A stretch of 64,000 bases of DNA from NCBI GenBank assembly GCA_964444195.1, contig CAYUGH010000008.1:939-64938 (forward strand), in the 5' to 3' direction. Below are positions 1 to 9,338 of the stretch, one piece after another. Under the pieces are notes generated by a model. That model saw nothing but the letters and a program-made list of their open reading frames with translations, was not told the origin of the DNA and did not search any database. The position numbers and the translations under genes were made by a program. Origin of the DNA: an uncultured Chitinophagaceae bacterium (lineage in GTDB: Bacteria; Bacteroidota; Bacteroidia; Chitinophagales; Chitinophagaceae). Every line of letters begins with the position of its first letter. The stretch's first letter is position 1.

Positions 1-322
1 CAAGCGTCTCATCAATGTTTTCCACAGTGAACATAACGCGTAAATAGCCAAGCGCGTTTACCGGGGCGTTGCGGTGGTCGGCTATAACGGTCGGCGTTAG
101 AAATCGTGATATTTCGAGCCGGCTGTGGCCATCGGGGGTAACCATCATTGCAATCTCAACATGCTGGTTTCCCAGCCCGGTGACACGCCCGGCCCATTCC
201 CCTTCTATGGTAGCCCGTCCTTCAAGTATTAAGCCAAGCTCGGCGAAAAAAGCAATGGCCTCGTCGAGGGATTCTACCACAATGCCGACATTGTCCATCC
301 GTATTAATTTGCTTTTTGCCAT
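1..322 (-). CDS. VOC/glyoxalase-family protein (N-terminal part; gene runs off window start)
   Basis: Reverse-strand translation from the ATG at the complement of 320-322 reads MAKSKLIRMDNVGIVVESLDEAIAFFAELGLILEGRATIEGEWAGRVTGLGNQHVEIAMMV..., which looks like a glyoxalase/bleomycin-resistance fold. It is missing from the ORF track because it has no stop inside the window. Confidence 0.5.
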   Translation of the reverse strand, partial: MAKSKLIRMDNVGIVVESLDEAIAFFAELGLILEGRATIEGEWAGRVTGLGNQHVEIAMMVTPDGHSRLEISRFLTPTVIADHRNAPVNALGYLRVMFTVENIDETL

Positions 323-585
323 AGTCTTATTTTTTACTTATCAATTATGCTGCTGAATGCCCAAACCTCCAGCCCCACTATTTGGCAATACTCTTGTAGC
401 CCTATCCCCTTTTGCTGTAAGCAAGCATGGGGTTGATTTATTCTTGTGGCTTTTGTCCCGTTGTTGGTATGGAATTGTCAACTACTTCAAATTTCACTGC
501 GAATGGAGTAAAAAGATTGTTGTTGCTGATATCAGCAACGTTGTTTTGAAATTGCGTTTTGTCATTTGAGGGAGAAGTTCTTGTT

Positions 586-942
586 TTAGTAAGCTTGAAT
601 TAAAACCTCCGTCGGAATATTCAATCTGTCGTGTAGTTGTCTGATCATTGCAAGAGAAAGTTTTCTCTTTCGATTTAAAATTTCGCTGGCCCGGCTTTTT
701 AAGCCAACCACATTTGCCAGATCAGTTTGATTATAACCAAGTTGTTCCATTCTAAATTTAATTGCCTCCACCGGATCAGGAAAGCCAATTGGAAACTTTT
801 CATTTTCATAGTTTTCAACCAGCATTCCCAATATTTCCAATTCGTCGCCTTCTTCCGTTCCCTTTTTTGCATCAAAAATTATTTCAAGCCTGGCAAGCGC
901 TTGTTCATAATCTTTTTTCGTTCTGATTGGCTTAATGTTCAC
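586..942 (-). CDS. higA: HigA-family antitoxin (XRE-type HTH)
   Basis: 118 aa. The C-terminal HTH segment QTDLANVVGLKSRASEILNRKRKLSLAMIRQLHDRLNIP is typical of HigA/VapI antitoxins. It sits 1 bp downstream of a RelE/HigB-like toxin ORF. Confidence 0.75.
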   Translation of the reverse strand: MNIKPIRTKKDYEQALARLEIIFDAKKGTEEGDELEILGMLVENYENEKFPIGFPDPVEAIKFRMEQLGYNQTDLANVVGLKSRASEILNRKRKLSLAMIRQLHDRLNIPTEVLIQAY

Positions 943-943
943 T

Positions 944-1255
944 TTAAATTATTTTAGCATTTATTTTATCATATTCGGCATGTGTTCCAATAAACCGAAT
1001 CCAAATCATTTGATAGTCATAGTTGATTTTCACTATTAATCTGTAATGATTACCCTTAATATTAAAAACGACCCGATTGTCAGCTAAAAAGCTTGCGCCT
1101 GGATATTCAATTTTAATTTTAGTCGGGTTTGTCCATTCTGCTTTTGAGGTTTCCTGATACCATGCTTTTAATTGTTGTTCACTATCCGGATGTACCTCCC
1201 AAAAATCTCTCAAAATCTTCTTAGCAATAATCCTCAACTTTTGAAGTTTTGTCAA
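944..1255 (-). CDS. higB: HigB-family type II toxin (RelE/ParE superfamily mRNA interferase)
   Basis: 103 aa, basic small protein (MTKLQKLRIIAKKILRDFWEVHPDSEQQLKAWYQE...NHYRLIVKINYDYQMIWIRFIGTHAEYDKI) with the HigB-type fold signature. The toxin lies upstream of the antitoxin, which is the reverse order characteristic of higBA. Confidence 0.7.
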   Translation of the reverse strand: MTKLQKLRIIAKKILRDFWEVHPDSEQQLKAWYQETSKAEWTNPTKIKIEYPGASFLADNRVVFNIKGNHYRLIVKINYDYQMIWIRFIGTHAEYDKINAKII

Positions 1256-1396
1256 AGCTAAGAAAAGTTCCCGAAATGGGATAACCTATTTTACCCTTAG
1301 GAATTTTAAAGTGGTTATGTAAGCGGCTATCAATCCAACAAGAATATTGAGGGAATATCTCTTCAATAATGTATCCAACTCAATAACGGGGCTAAG

Positions 1397-1542
1397 CCGG
1401 GATTCCTCGCTCTTCCTTTGGTCGGGGTTTTCCAAATCCGGGATTCCTCACCCCTATGTATTTCATAGCCGGGATTCCTCACCCTTCTTAGGTCGGGTTC
1501 GGAATGACTGGAAGAATTGGGCCGGGTTCGGAATGACGGCTA
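1397..1542. repeat. Intergenic direct-repeat cluster: 3x CCGGGATTCCTC(ACCC) followed by 2x GGGTTCGGAATGAC
   Basis: Read directly. CCGGGATTCCTC occurs at ~1397, ~1438 and ~1471. GG(T/G)CGGGTTCGGAATGAC occurs at ~1492 and ~1522. The cluster lies between the higB start and the 3' end of the Smr-domain gene. Confidence 0.6.
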
Positions 1543-2580
1543 ATCATTATCAAAAAACACTTCGGTGGCGCCGTTACCATACCAGGGATGGTAATGCTGG
1601 CTGAAGCTTTTGATACCATCCCTTAACCTCAAAATTTCATGAACCTCGTCGCGAAGGCGGCCCTTGCCTACCCCATGTATTACCCAGGCCTGCTTCAGGT
1701 AATTTCTTTTCGCCCTGTCCATCCATTTTTCAAATTCCCGAAGCTGAATATCAAGCATTTCTGCAGGCGACATGCCATTATAATCTTCCACCAGCTTTTC
1801 AATATGCAGGTCGATGACAGATGGAGGAGGAAGGTCTTCTTTTACCGCTTTGCCGGGTTTTATTTTAAAACCGGCAGCATGCAATTTACCCAATGGATTA
1901 ACCTCCGGTGCGGGCGGCGGTGTTTCGATCTTCTTTTGGGGATACTCTTCAAACAAAAGAAAATCAAGATAGGCTTCACCCTGCAGCTTCAACTCTTCAA
2001 TCCGTTTGAAAAGTTGTTTGCCCTTGGGTTTAAAGGAGGCTTCAAAGTATTCAACCCGCTTTTTATCGTGCGACATCAGGCTGAACTCAAAATCAAAGGA
2101 TGGTCCGTCGTTCAGGTGCTCAAAAGGAATATCCATCAGGTAAAAATCGCCAAGGGCAACCACTTCGCTATTCAGTTCGGTATCATTTACACCCTTAAAT
2201 CTTAGGTTGAACCGAAACACCAATCCATCATCGGTTTGGTTTACCAGGAAAATTTTGAACCCTTCCACCACATCGTCGTCAAACACATCTTTGCTGAAAA
2301 CCGGGAACAATAAAACCCAGACCCCTTCCTTTACCTTGTATTTGGGGGTAGCTTTTTCGCGTTTTACGTCCTCAATGTATTTTTTGGGAAGTTTGGGCGG
2401 CCCGGCAGGCTTTTCCTTCTTAAACATTTTATAGTAAGGATAATCGAGCTGATCGGTGTAAGCGGGAAATTTTACGCCCCTTACATTCACCAGCACCATA
2501 TCGGTACCCAAAATTTCTTCTACCACCCCATCCTCGTTGCTGTGCTTTACCACCACAACATCACCTTTTTCAAATTTCAT
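1540..2580 (-). CDS. Smr-domain protein (DUF2027-Smr type)
   Basis: 346 aa. The C-terminal Smr motif reads VIDLHIEKL...AWVIHGVGKGRLRDEVHEIL, and the N-terminal region resembles Bacteroidota DUF2027. Confidence 0.6.
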   Translation of the reverse strand: MKFEKGDVVVVKHSNEDGVVEEILGTDMVLVNVRGVKFPAYTDQLDYPYYKMFKKEKPAGPPKLPKKYIEDVKREKATPKYKVKEGVWVLLFPVFSKDVFDDDVVEGFKIFLVNQTDDGLVFRFNLRFKGVNDTELNSEVVALGDFYLMDIPFEHLNDGPSFDFEFSLMSHDKKRVEYFEASFKPKGKQLFKRIEELKLQGEAYLDFLLFEEYPQKKIETPPPAPEVNPLGKLHAAGFKIKPGKAVKEDLPPPSVIDLHIEKLVEDYNGMSPAEMLDIQLREFEKWMDRAKRNYLKQAWVIHGVGKGRLRDEVHEILRLRDGIKSFSQHYHPWYGNGATEVFFDND

Positions 2581-2618
2581 ATTTACAAAGGAACAAAATC
2601 CGTACCAGGATTACCCTG

Positions 2619-4289
2619 TCAGGCGGCAAGCTTAGATTTACGATAACCGTACAAAAAGTAAACCAGCAACCCCGTACCCATCCAAACAAAAAACCAAAAC
2701 CAGCTAACCGGTGGAATTTCTATCATCAGGTACAAGCAACTCAACGCCCCTAGTACAGGAATGGACGAATACTTTTTAATAAAAGAAAATATTGCCGTAA
2801 CAATGGCTATGGCAACGAAAACAAGGAATAACACTTCCTGGTAGCTTTCCTTGCCAAGGTTGGAAAAGGCTTCGGCTATGCGCGAACCTCCCAGGTACAA
2901 AAACAATGCCACCAACCCGGGAATAATGAATTGCCCGTTGATATAAGGCAGGCTGAACTTCCCGGTTTCGGCCTTGATCCTTGGCAGGGTAAGCACCCCG
3001 GCACAAACCAATACAAAGGCAAACAGGGTGCCGATGCTGGTTAAATCCGTTACTAAACTGCCTGGCAAAAACAAGGTAGGAACGGCCACAAAAACCCCGG
3101 ATACGATGGTTGCAAATGCAGGTGTATGATACTTCTTGTGAACCTTTCCGAACGCTTTTGGCAACAATCCATCACGGCTCATGCTCATCCAGATGCGTGG
3201 TTGCCCCAACTGGAATACCAGTAATACACTGGTGGTAGCAATCACCGCGCTGATGGAAATAATATACCCGATCCAATTGAGCCCGATACTGTCGAACACA
3301 TAAGCTAATGGATCAGGCACATCCAGTTGGGTGTAGTTAACCATACCGGTCAGTACCAGGGAAATTAAAATATACAGAACCGTACAAATTAACAGGGCAT
3401 AGATCATGCCCCTTGGCAGGTCGCGTTGCGGGTTTTTACATTCCTCCGCCGTTGTACTGATGGCATCAAACCCAATGTAGGCATAAAACACAGCGCTCAC
3501 CCCCGCCAAAACACCGGTGAAACCATTCGGCAAAAATGGTGACCAGTTTTCAGGTTGTACATAAAAAAAACCTACTATAATCACCAGGATGATAACGGCT
3601 ACTTTAAAAATAACCATCAGGTTGGCACTCTTCTTGCTTTCCTTAATACCAATATAAGCGAGGGCGGTGATCAGCCCAACAATCACAAATGCAGGAATAT
3701 TCAGAAATAATGCTTTGCCATTTAATGCCGGGGCGCTTGCATAGCCGGCAATTACTTCATTGGCATGTGAAATGTCCCCGGTTCCGCCCTTTGCAATCAA
3801 GTCCTTTGCGTTGGCAAGGGCTTTCAGGGCATCTTCGCTGTTTGTGGTCATCCAGTATGGCAGGTTAATACCCAACCCATGCAACAGGTTGTTGAGGTAG
3901 CTGCTCCAACTGATGGCCACCACAATATTACCGATAGCATATTCTAAGATCAGCGCCCAGCCTATAATCCAGGCGATCAATTCACCAAAGCTTACATACG
4001 CGTATGTATAGGCGCTCCCGCTAATGGGAACCCTGCTGGCAAACTCCGCATAGCACAACGCGCTAAAACCACAGGTAATGGCTGTAATAATAAAAAGTAA
4101 TGATATCCCGGGTCCGCCATGCGCTGCGGCCGATCCGATGGTAGAAAAAATACCGGCGCCCACCACTGCGGCAATCCCCAAAAAAGTAAGGTCCTTTACC
4201 GACAAGACCCTTTCAAGCCTATGACCTTCCTCATCATGACCGGCCTCGCCGCCCATACCCGAAATATTCTTTTTTCTGAACAGTGACAT
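2619..4289 (-). CDS. APC-family amino acid permease
   Basis: 556 aa with about 12 or more hydrophobic helices and amino-acid permease-like motifs (GAGIFSTIGSAAA, FAYxGFDAIST). Confidence 0.75.
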   Translation of the reverse strand: MSLFRKKNISGMGGEAGHDEEGHRLERVLSVKDLTFLGIAAVVGAGIFSTIGSAAAHGGPGISLLFIITAITCGFSALCYAEFASRVPISGSAYTYAYVSFGELIAWIIGWALILEYAIGNIVVAISWSSYLNNLLHGLGINLPYWMTTNSEDALKALANAKDLIAKGGTGDISHANEVIAGYASAPALNGKALFLNIPAFVIVGLITALAYIGIKESKKSANLMVIFKVAVIILVIIVGFFYVQPENWSPFLPNGFTGVLAGVSAVFYAYIGFDAISTTAEECKNPQRDLPRGMIYALLICTVLYILISLVLTGMVNYTQLDVPDPLAYVFDSIGLNWIGYIISISAVIATTSVLLVFQLGQPRIWMSMSRDGLLPKAFGKVHKKYHTPAFATIVSGVFVAVPTLFLPGSLVTDLTSIGTLFAFVLVCAGVLTLPRIKAETGKFSLPYINGQFIIPGLVALFLYLGGSRIAEAFSNLGKESYQEVLFLVFVAIAIVTAIFSFIKKYSSIPVLGALSCLYLMIEIPPVSWFWFFVWMGTGLLVYFLYGYRKSKLAA

Positions 4290-4519
4290 GTTTTGGTCAA
4301 TCTTTTTTAGGAAAGCGGAAGGACACTATCCTTTCGCACAAAAAATAAGTTGGCAAAATAGGGTTTTTCCTAAAAGGACATTTAATTCTTTCCGCCTGAA
4401 GGGTTGTTGTGAAATAAGTTTTGCCACAACCCAATACTGTTTTCCACATTTAACTGGTGAAATCATTGTCACTTTCTCCATTACAACTAAACTGTATGGA
4501 TTAGGTTTGCAGAATATTT

Positions 4520-5272
4520 ATGGTTGCACACATGGAATGGTTTGAAAAGTGGTTCGACACCCCTTATTATCATAAACTTTATTTTCAAAGGGATGAAAAG
4601 GAGGCCGGTGATTTTATTAGCAGGATAATCAGGCACCTGAACCCTACTTCGCATAGCACCATGCTCGATGTAGCTTGTGGCAAAGGACGGCATAGCCTTT
4701 TACTTTCAAACCTGGGGTACAATGTAACCGGAATCGATCTTTCGCCCGAATCCATCCGGGAAGCTAAATTGCTGGAAAACCCGAACCTTGAGTTTTATGA
4801 GCACGATATGCGCCAGCCTTTCCGCATCAATTATTTCGATTATGCCTTTAACCTGTTTACCAGTTTTGGGTATTTCCGTACCCGGCGCGAGCATGATTCC
4901 GCCATCCGCACCATTGCCCAATCTATCCATTTAAACGGCACACTTGTAATTGATTACCTGAATGTGCATTATGCCGAAGACCACTTAGTTCATGAAAACG
5001 ATATTGAGCTTGAAGACTATAACTTCCACATTACCAAGTGGATGGATGAAACCCATTTTTACAAGAAAATAGAGGTGGAGCACGACAGCTTTGAAGAACC
5101 GCATATTTATACTGAAAGAGTTGCCAAATTTTCGTTGGGTGATTTTACCGATATGCTTGCCTACCAGGGCATGCAGATCCGCGAGGTTTTTGGCGATTAT
5201 AATTTAGGACCCTACCATGTAAGAAAAGTGCCCAGGATGATTATGGTAGCAAAAAAAATAAAACCTTTTTAA
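4520..5272 (+). CDS. Class I SAM-dependent methyltransferase
   Basis: Motif I LDVACGKGRHS plus the following acidic loop GIDLSPESI. 250 aa. Confidence 0.7.
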   Translation: MVAHMEWFEKWFDTPYYHKLYFQRDEKEAGDFISRIIRHLNPTSHSTMLDVACGKGRHSLLLSNLGYNVTGIDLSPESIREAKLLENPNLEFYEHDMRQPFRINYFDYAFNLFTSFGYFRTRREHDSAIRTIAQSIHLNGTLVIDYLNVHYAEDHLVHENDIELEDYNFHITKWMDETHFYKKIEVEHDSFEEPHIYTERVAKFSLGDFTDMLAYQGMQIREVFGDYNLGPYHVRKVPRMIMVAKKIKPF

Positions 5273-5274
5273 TT

Positions 5275-5706
5275 GTGTATTCGCATACAACAGAAATACG
5301 GATCCATTACGCGCTCACCGACCAGATGGGCATTGTATATCATGGCCATTATGCCCAGTTTTTCGAGATTGCCCGGACTGAATCTATCCGCAACCTTGGT
5401 TTCTCTTATAAATCAATCGAAGCCATGGGCATTATGCTGCCCGTGGTTGATTTGCATTGCCGTTTTCTGCGCCCGGTTAAATATGATGACCTGATCAGGG
5501 TAACGGTTTCGCTAAAGGAAATGCCCATCCACCATAAAATTGTTTTTCATGGCGAAATACATAACGAAGCAGGTGAATTGTGCACCACCGGGGCAGTAAC
5601 CCTGTATTTTATGGAAATGGCAACCATGAAAAGAAGCATGCTGCCCGAAAGTATGAAAGCGGCCCTGCTACCCTTTTTCCCGGCTATCCCGGATACTCCG
5701 CATTGA
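5275..5706 (+). CDS. Acyl-CoA thioesterase, hotdog fold (YbgC/4HBT family)
   Basis: 143 aa. YALTDQMGIVYHGHYAQFFEIAR is a 4HBT-like signature. Confidence 0.65.
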   Translation: MYSHTTEIRIHYALTDQMGIVYHGHYAQFFEIARTESIRNLGFSYKSIEAMGIMLPVVDLHCRFLRPVKYDDLIRVTVSLKEMPIHHKIVFHGEIHNEAGELCTTGAVTLYFMEMATMKRSMLPESMKAALLPFFPAIPDTPH

Positions 5707-6679
5707 TATCGGCGGCCTGAACTATATCGAAAATAAAGGCGGAGGCAAGTCTTGCCGTCCGGTTATCAATATCAAAGTCGGGGTTCACCTCGCTGATATC
5801 TACTGAACTTACCTTTCCGCTAAGCACAATATGCCGCAACAGCCTTTTGAACATGGCATTTGGGGCTATCCCATTGTACGATGAAGCGCTTACGCCCGGG
5901 GCAAAGGGAGCGCCAAAAACATCCATATCAATCGTTAGTAACAGGTTGTTTGAATTGGCCAGGATCCCGTTGATGGTATTCAGCATTTTATGCAACTGAT
6001 CATTGGTAAATTCTTCCGCTAAAAAATAGGGAGCCCCCAATTCACCGGCAAGTTCAAACAAACGGCGGGTATTGGAGTATTGCTGCGCTCCAAGCACCAG
6101 GTAATGCAAGGGGATTTTCTTTTTACGGCAATCTTCAATGATTTGCCAGGCCCAGGTGCCGGAGGTAGCGCCAACGGAAGGGTTCACCGCCCGCAAATCG
6201 AAATGGGCATCGAAGTTAATGATCCCCAATTCTGATTTTTTGGGCAATTGCCCAAGCGCTTTGTACCCGCAAAAAGCAGTTTCGTGGCCGCCACCCAAAA
6301 TAATGGGCAGGTACCCGGCCTTTTGAACAGCCTTTATTTTTTCGGCCATCATTTCCTGCGCCGCTTCCAGGTCCTGCTCATCGCAAACCACATCGCCTGC
6401 ATCGGCAAGTATGATATGAGCTGCCACCAACGGAAAATTAGAACAGGACTTCCTGATGATTTCCGGGGCAGATGCTGAACCGGTTCTACCGCCGTTCCTC
6501 CTAACTCCTTCATCGCTGCAAAAACCCATAAAAGCCACGCCCTGCATGCCTTTGGCAATGGGAGGAAGATTTTCGGGCTCACAAATTTGTACGATCTGAT
6601 GCCATCTCAACAGATCGGCATCGGCTCCATCAACCCGGCCGCTCCAGGTTTGGGGAGTTGTATTGCGATAAAAGGCCAT
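5684..6679 (-). CDS. hutG: Arginase-family hydrolase, probable formimidoylglutamase
   Basis: The ORF track gives 5684-6727. Start at the internal Met (MAFYRNTTPQTWSGRVD) is more likely. Arginase-family Mn-binding motifs are present (DAHFD, DMDVF). It lies immediately downstream of hutI on the same strand. Confidence 0.6.
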   Translation of the reverse strand: MAFYRNTTPQTWSGRVDGADADLLRWHQIVQICEPENLPPIAKGMQGVAFMGFCSDEGVRRNGGRTGSASAPEIIRKSCSNFPLVAAHIILADAGDVVCDEQDLEAAQEMMAEKIKAVQKAGYLPIILGGGHETAFCGYKALGQLPKKSELGIINFDAHFDLRAVNPSVGATSGTWAWQIIEDCRKKKIPLHYLVLGAQQYSNTRRLFELAGELGAPYFLAEEFTNDQLHKMLNTINGILANSNNLLLTIDMDVFGAPFAPGVSASSYNGIAPNAMFKRLLRHIVLSGKVSSVDISEVNPDFDIDNRTARLASAFIFDIVQAADINAEYPG

Positions 6680-6731
6680 AGCAGGAAAAATATTAAGGCA
6701 TAAATGTATGTAAAAAGGAAACTGCAAAACC

Positions 6732-7955
6732 TTATGCCCACACCCTGAAAGGTTTCATTTTTCCCTGGTGGTAGAGTATTTCGCGGTAATCGTGGGTGGG
6801 GAAAGCCGCCATGTGCGCCAGTTGCCCGGTTGAAAGCGTGCCGCGGTCAGTAAGACCCAATGCCTTTGCCGCACGAAATGTAAACCCGGCTATGGTTTCG
6901 GCAAAGGAGAGCTTTTCATACACACTAAGTAAGCTTGCCTGCAACAGCAGGTCGCCCATGGGCGCAGAGCCGGGGTTCCAGTCGCTTGCTATGGCAAGGC
7001 AGCATCCCGCATCGAGTAATTTTCGGGCGGGGGCAAAAGGAATACCAAGTCCAAGCGAAGCGCCCGGTAAAACCACCGCAACGGTTTCACTTTGGGCCAG
7101 CGCCAGGATGTCTTCATATTCCGAGGCTTCAAGGTGGTCGGCAGAAAGCGCACCAAGTTCCGCAGCCAATTTTGCCCCACCGGGTGTAAACTGGTCGGCG
7201 TGAACCGTGATCGCAAAACCCATCTCCTTTGCATAGGATAAATACCCCCTGGCCTCTCCCATGGAAAACGCTGTGTCTTCAATAAATATGTCCACCCGGT
7301 TGGCAAGCCTTTCGGCCCTTACAACAGGCAGCAATTCGTGCATGATAAGACTAAGGTAATCTCCACTCCGCCCTTCAAATTCAAGCGGAATGGTATGCGC
7401 TGCGAGGCAGGTGGGTACAAGATCAGCCCGGCTTTCCTTTCCCGCTGATTGGATGGCGCGAAGCATTTTCAGCTCATCGGAAACCGACAATCCATAGCCG
7501 CTTTTTACCTCAATGGTTGTTACCCCCTCCTTACAATGGCGTTCGGCTCTTTCTACCAAACCCTTTACCAGTGCATCTTCCGTGGCTTGCCGGGTATAGC
7601 CAACCGTACGCCGGATACCACCGCCCTGCTTTGCGATGTCGAGGTAGGTTTTACCCTGGAGCTTCAGATCGTAATCCTGCGAGCGGCTACCCGCAAAACA
7701 TATATGGGTATGGCAATCAATAAAACCGGGGAGAAGAACAGCGGGTTGTTCGATTTGTTCAAACGCTGCTTCAGGATATTCTTTTGCCAGTTTTTCAAAA
7801 GCCCCAATGGCCAATATTTTGGCATCCTGGACAAGGATTCCCCCGTTTTCAATTACGGTAAGCGTTTCATCCTTTATCGGTCCTTTTTCAGGCAATCCAG
7901 AAAAGGGAATGATTTGGGTAAATGGGCCAATTAACCTTAATTGGGTGATTTCCAT
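6732..7955 (-). CDS. hutI: Imidazolonepropionase
   Basis: 407 aa. Amidohydrolase motifs PGFIDCHTHICFAGSR...; ...TVHADQF...; DWNPGS. This is the classic HutI pattern. Confidence 0.85.
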   Translation of the reverse strand: MEITQLRLIGPFTQIIPFSGLPEKGPIKDETLTVIENGGILVQDAKILAIGAFEKLAKEYPEAAFEQIEQPAVLLPGFIDCHTHICFAGSRSQDYDLKLQGKTYLDIAKQGGGIRRTVGYTRQATEDALVKGLVERAERHCKEGVTTIEVKSGYGLSVSDELKMLRAIQSAGKESRADLVPTCLAAHTIPLEFEGRSGDYLSLIMHELLPVVRAERLANRVDIFIEDTAFSMGEARGYLSYAKEMGFAITVHADQFTPGGAKLAAELGALSADHLEASEYEDILALAQSETVAVVLPGASLGLGIPFAPARKLLDAGCCLAIASDWNPGSAPMGDLLLQASLLSVYEKLSFAETIAGFTFRAAKALGLTDRGTLSTGQLAHMAAFPTHDYREILYHQGKMKPFRVWA

Positions 7956-8140
7956 GGTCTGAATCTTTAATCTTAAACAGGAATTTTAAAGTTGTTTTAC
8001 TTTGGACAATACAATGATAGTGAAATAAAAAGAGAAGGGTTGCGAGCGAAAAACCTACTTACCGATAGGCACGCACCCTGCATCGGCGGCTTCAAAATGA
8101 ACTTCACTATAAAAATGCCCTATTGAGAATCAGGGAATTA

Positions 8141-8266
8141 ATGAAAGTGCAACCTGGAAAGGGAACCAAAGAAGGCAATGAACTTGATATGCTGGCAACC
8201 CTTGTGGAAGCTTATGAAGACATTCATTACCCAATGTTTTCAAAGCAAATCGCAAACAATCCTTAA
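8141..8266 (+). pseudogene. Truncated higA-like antitoxin remnant (~41 codons)
   Basis: The short ORF MKVQPGKGTKEGNELDMLATLVEAYEDIHYPMFSKQIANNP* resembles the N-terminal half of the HigA at 586-942 (AKKGTEEGDELEILGMLVENYENEKFPI). It has no HTH half and no partner toxin. Confidence 0.4.
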
Positions 8267-8348
8267 AACAAATAACCAATCACTTTTCTATTCACAAATC
8301 TAAAGTTAATTTCAAGTTTTCGCAACCATTCTCATCTCAAATTGCCCA

Positions 8349-9257
8349 TCATTTTATCCTATCCGGGTAATCCGTAATAAATCCATCCACCCCCAACCCT
8401 TTAAGTTTGCTGGCCGCAGTTTCATCATTCACCGTCCAGGGAATAAGCCGCATGCCGAGGTTTTTGCATTGGGCCACCATTTGCTTATCAACCAGTTGCC
8501 AGGCGGCGGAATAAATATCAGGCGTAAAGCCAAGGCTATCCAGGTGCTTTTGCAGGCTAAGGGTATCATCCTCTTCAATTAATGTAGCGAGGGTAATATT
8601 AGGATATTTGGCCCGGGCATATTTCAGCGTCCTGAAATCAAAAGACTGGATAATAGTCTTTTCAATCAACTGATGCTTGACCAGCACAGCTACCAGCAAG
8701 TCCACAAACCTTTCCGGCCCGGGGTGAAAAAGATTGTCGGTTTCGGGAAGGCACTTGGTTTCGATATTAAAAAACGGTACCGGCCTTTGATGGGATGCGC
8801 ACCAATGCTTTACAGCAACAATTACATCCGCCAAAAGCGGCTTTACAGCAGGCATCTTTTTTTGTTCGGGGAAACGGGGATGAGGCGCCATCCCCACATC
8901 ATATTTTTTTACCCCGGCATAATCCATTTTATAAATATTCAGCGCTTTCTCTTCGGCTTCCTGCACCCAGCCGCCACCGGGCTTTGTAGCTATTTCATGG
9001 TTAAAAAAAGGTTCGTGGCTCAATACAACCTGGCTGTCGGCTGTGATCACCACATCCATTTCAAGCGTTTGCACACCCAGTTCCAGCGCACGAATCATTG
9101 CCGGAATGGTATTTTCCGGCATCAACCCGCGGCAACCACGATGGCCCTGTATTTCAAATGAGATCCCTGGTGCTTTTTTAATCATTTTGTTTTGGATTTG
9201 ACCACTTCCATCGGCCACGGCACATACAATTCCAAGGGAAAATAACAACATTTTCAT
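8349..9257 (-). CDS. Glycerophosphodiester phosphodiesterase family protein
   Basis: 302 aa with a signal peptide. GDPD motif EIQGHRGCRGLMPENT and a downstream E..D.. catalytic pattern. Confidence 0.75.
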   Translation of the reverse strand: MKMLLFSLGIVCAVADGSGQIQNKMIKKAPGISFEIQGHRGCRGLMPENTIPAMIRALELGVQTLEMDVVITADSQVVLSHEPFFNHEIATKPGGGWVQEAEEKALNIYKMDYAGVKKYDVGMAPHPRFPEQKKMPAVKPLLADVIVAVKHWCASHQRPVPFFNIETKCLPETDNLFHPGPERFVDLLVAVLVKHQLIEKTIIQSFDFRTLKYARAKYPNITLATLIEEDDTLSLQKHLDSLGFTPDIYSAAWQLVDKQMVAQCKNLGMRLIPWTVNDETAASKLKGLGVDGFITDYPDRIK

Positions 9258-9338
9258 AAGAGGCGAAATAAGCGAATTGAATGCAACCCGCAGGTTAACC
9301 TTTGGTTATTGTCGCTATATTCGTCGAAATCATTTTCC

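Noticed and set aside
357-569. 70-aa plus-strand ORF between the VOC gene and higA
   Set aside because: No motif and an atypical composition. It sits in a short intergenic stretch and is probably non-coding promoter space for the flanking divergent genes.
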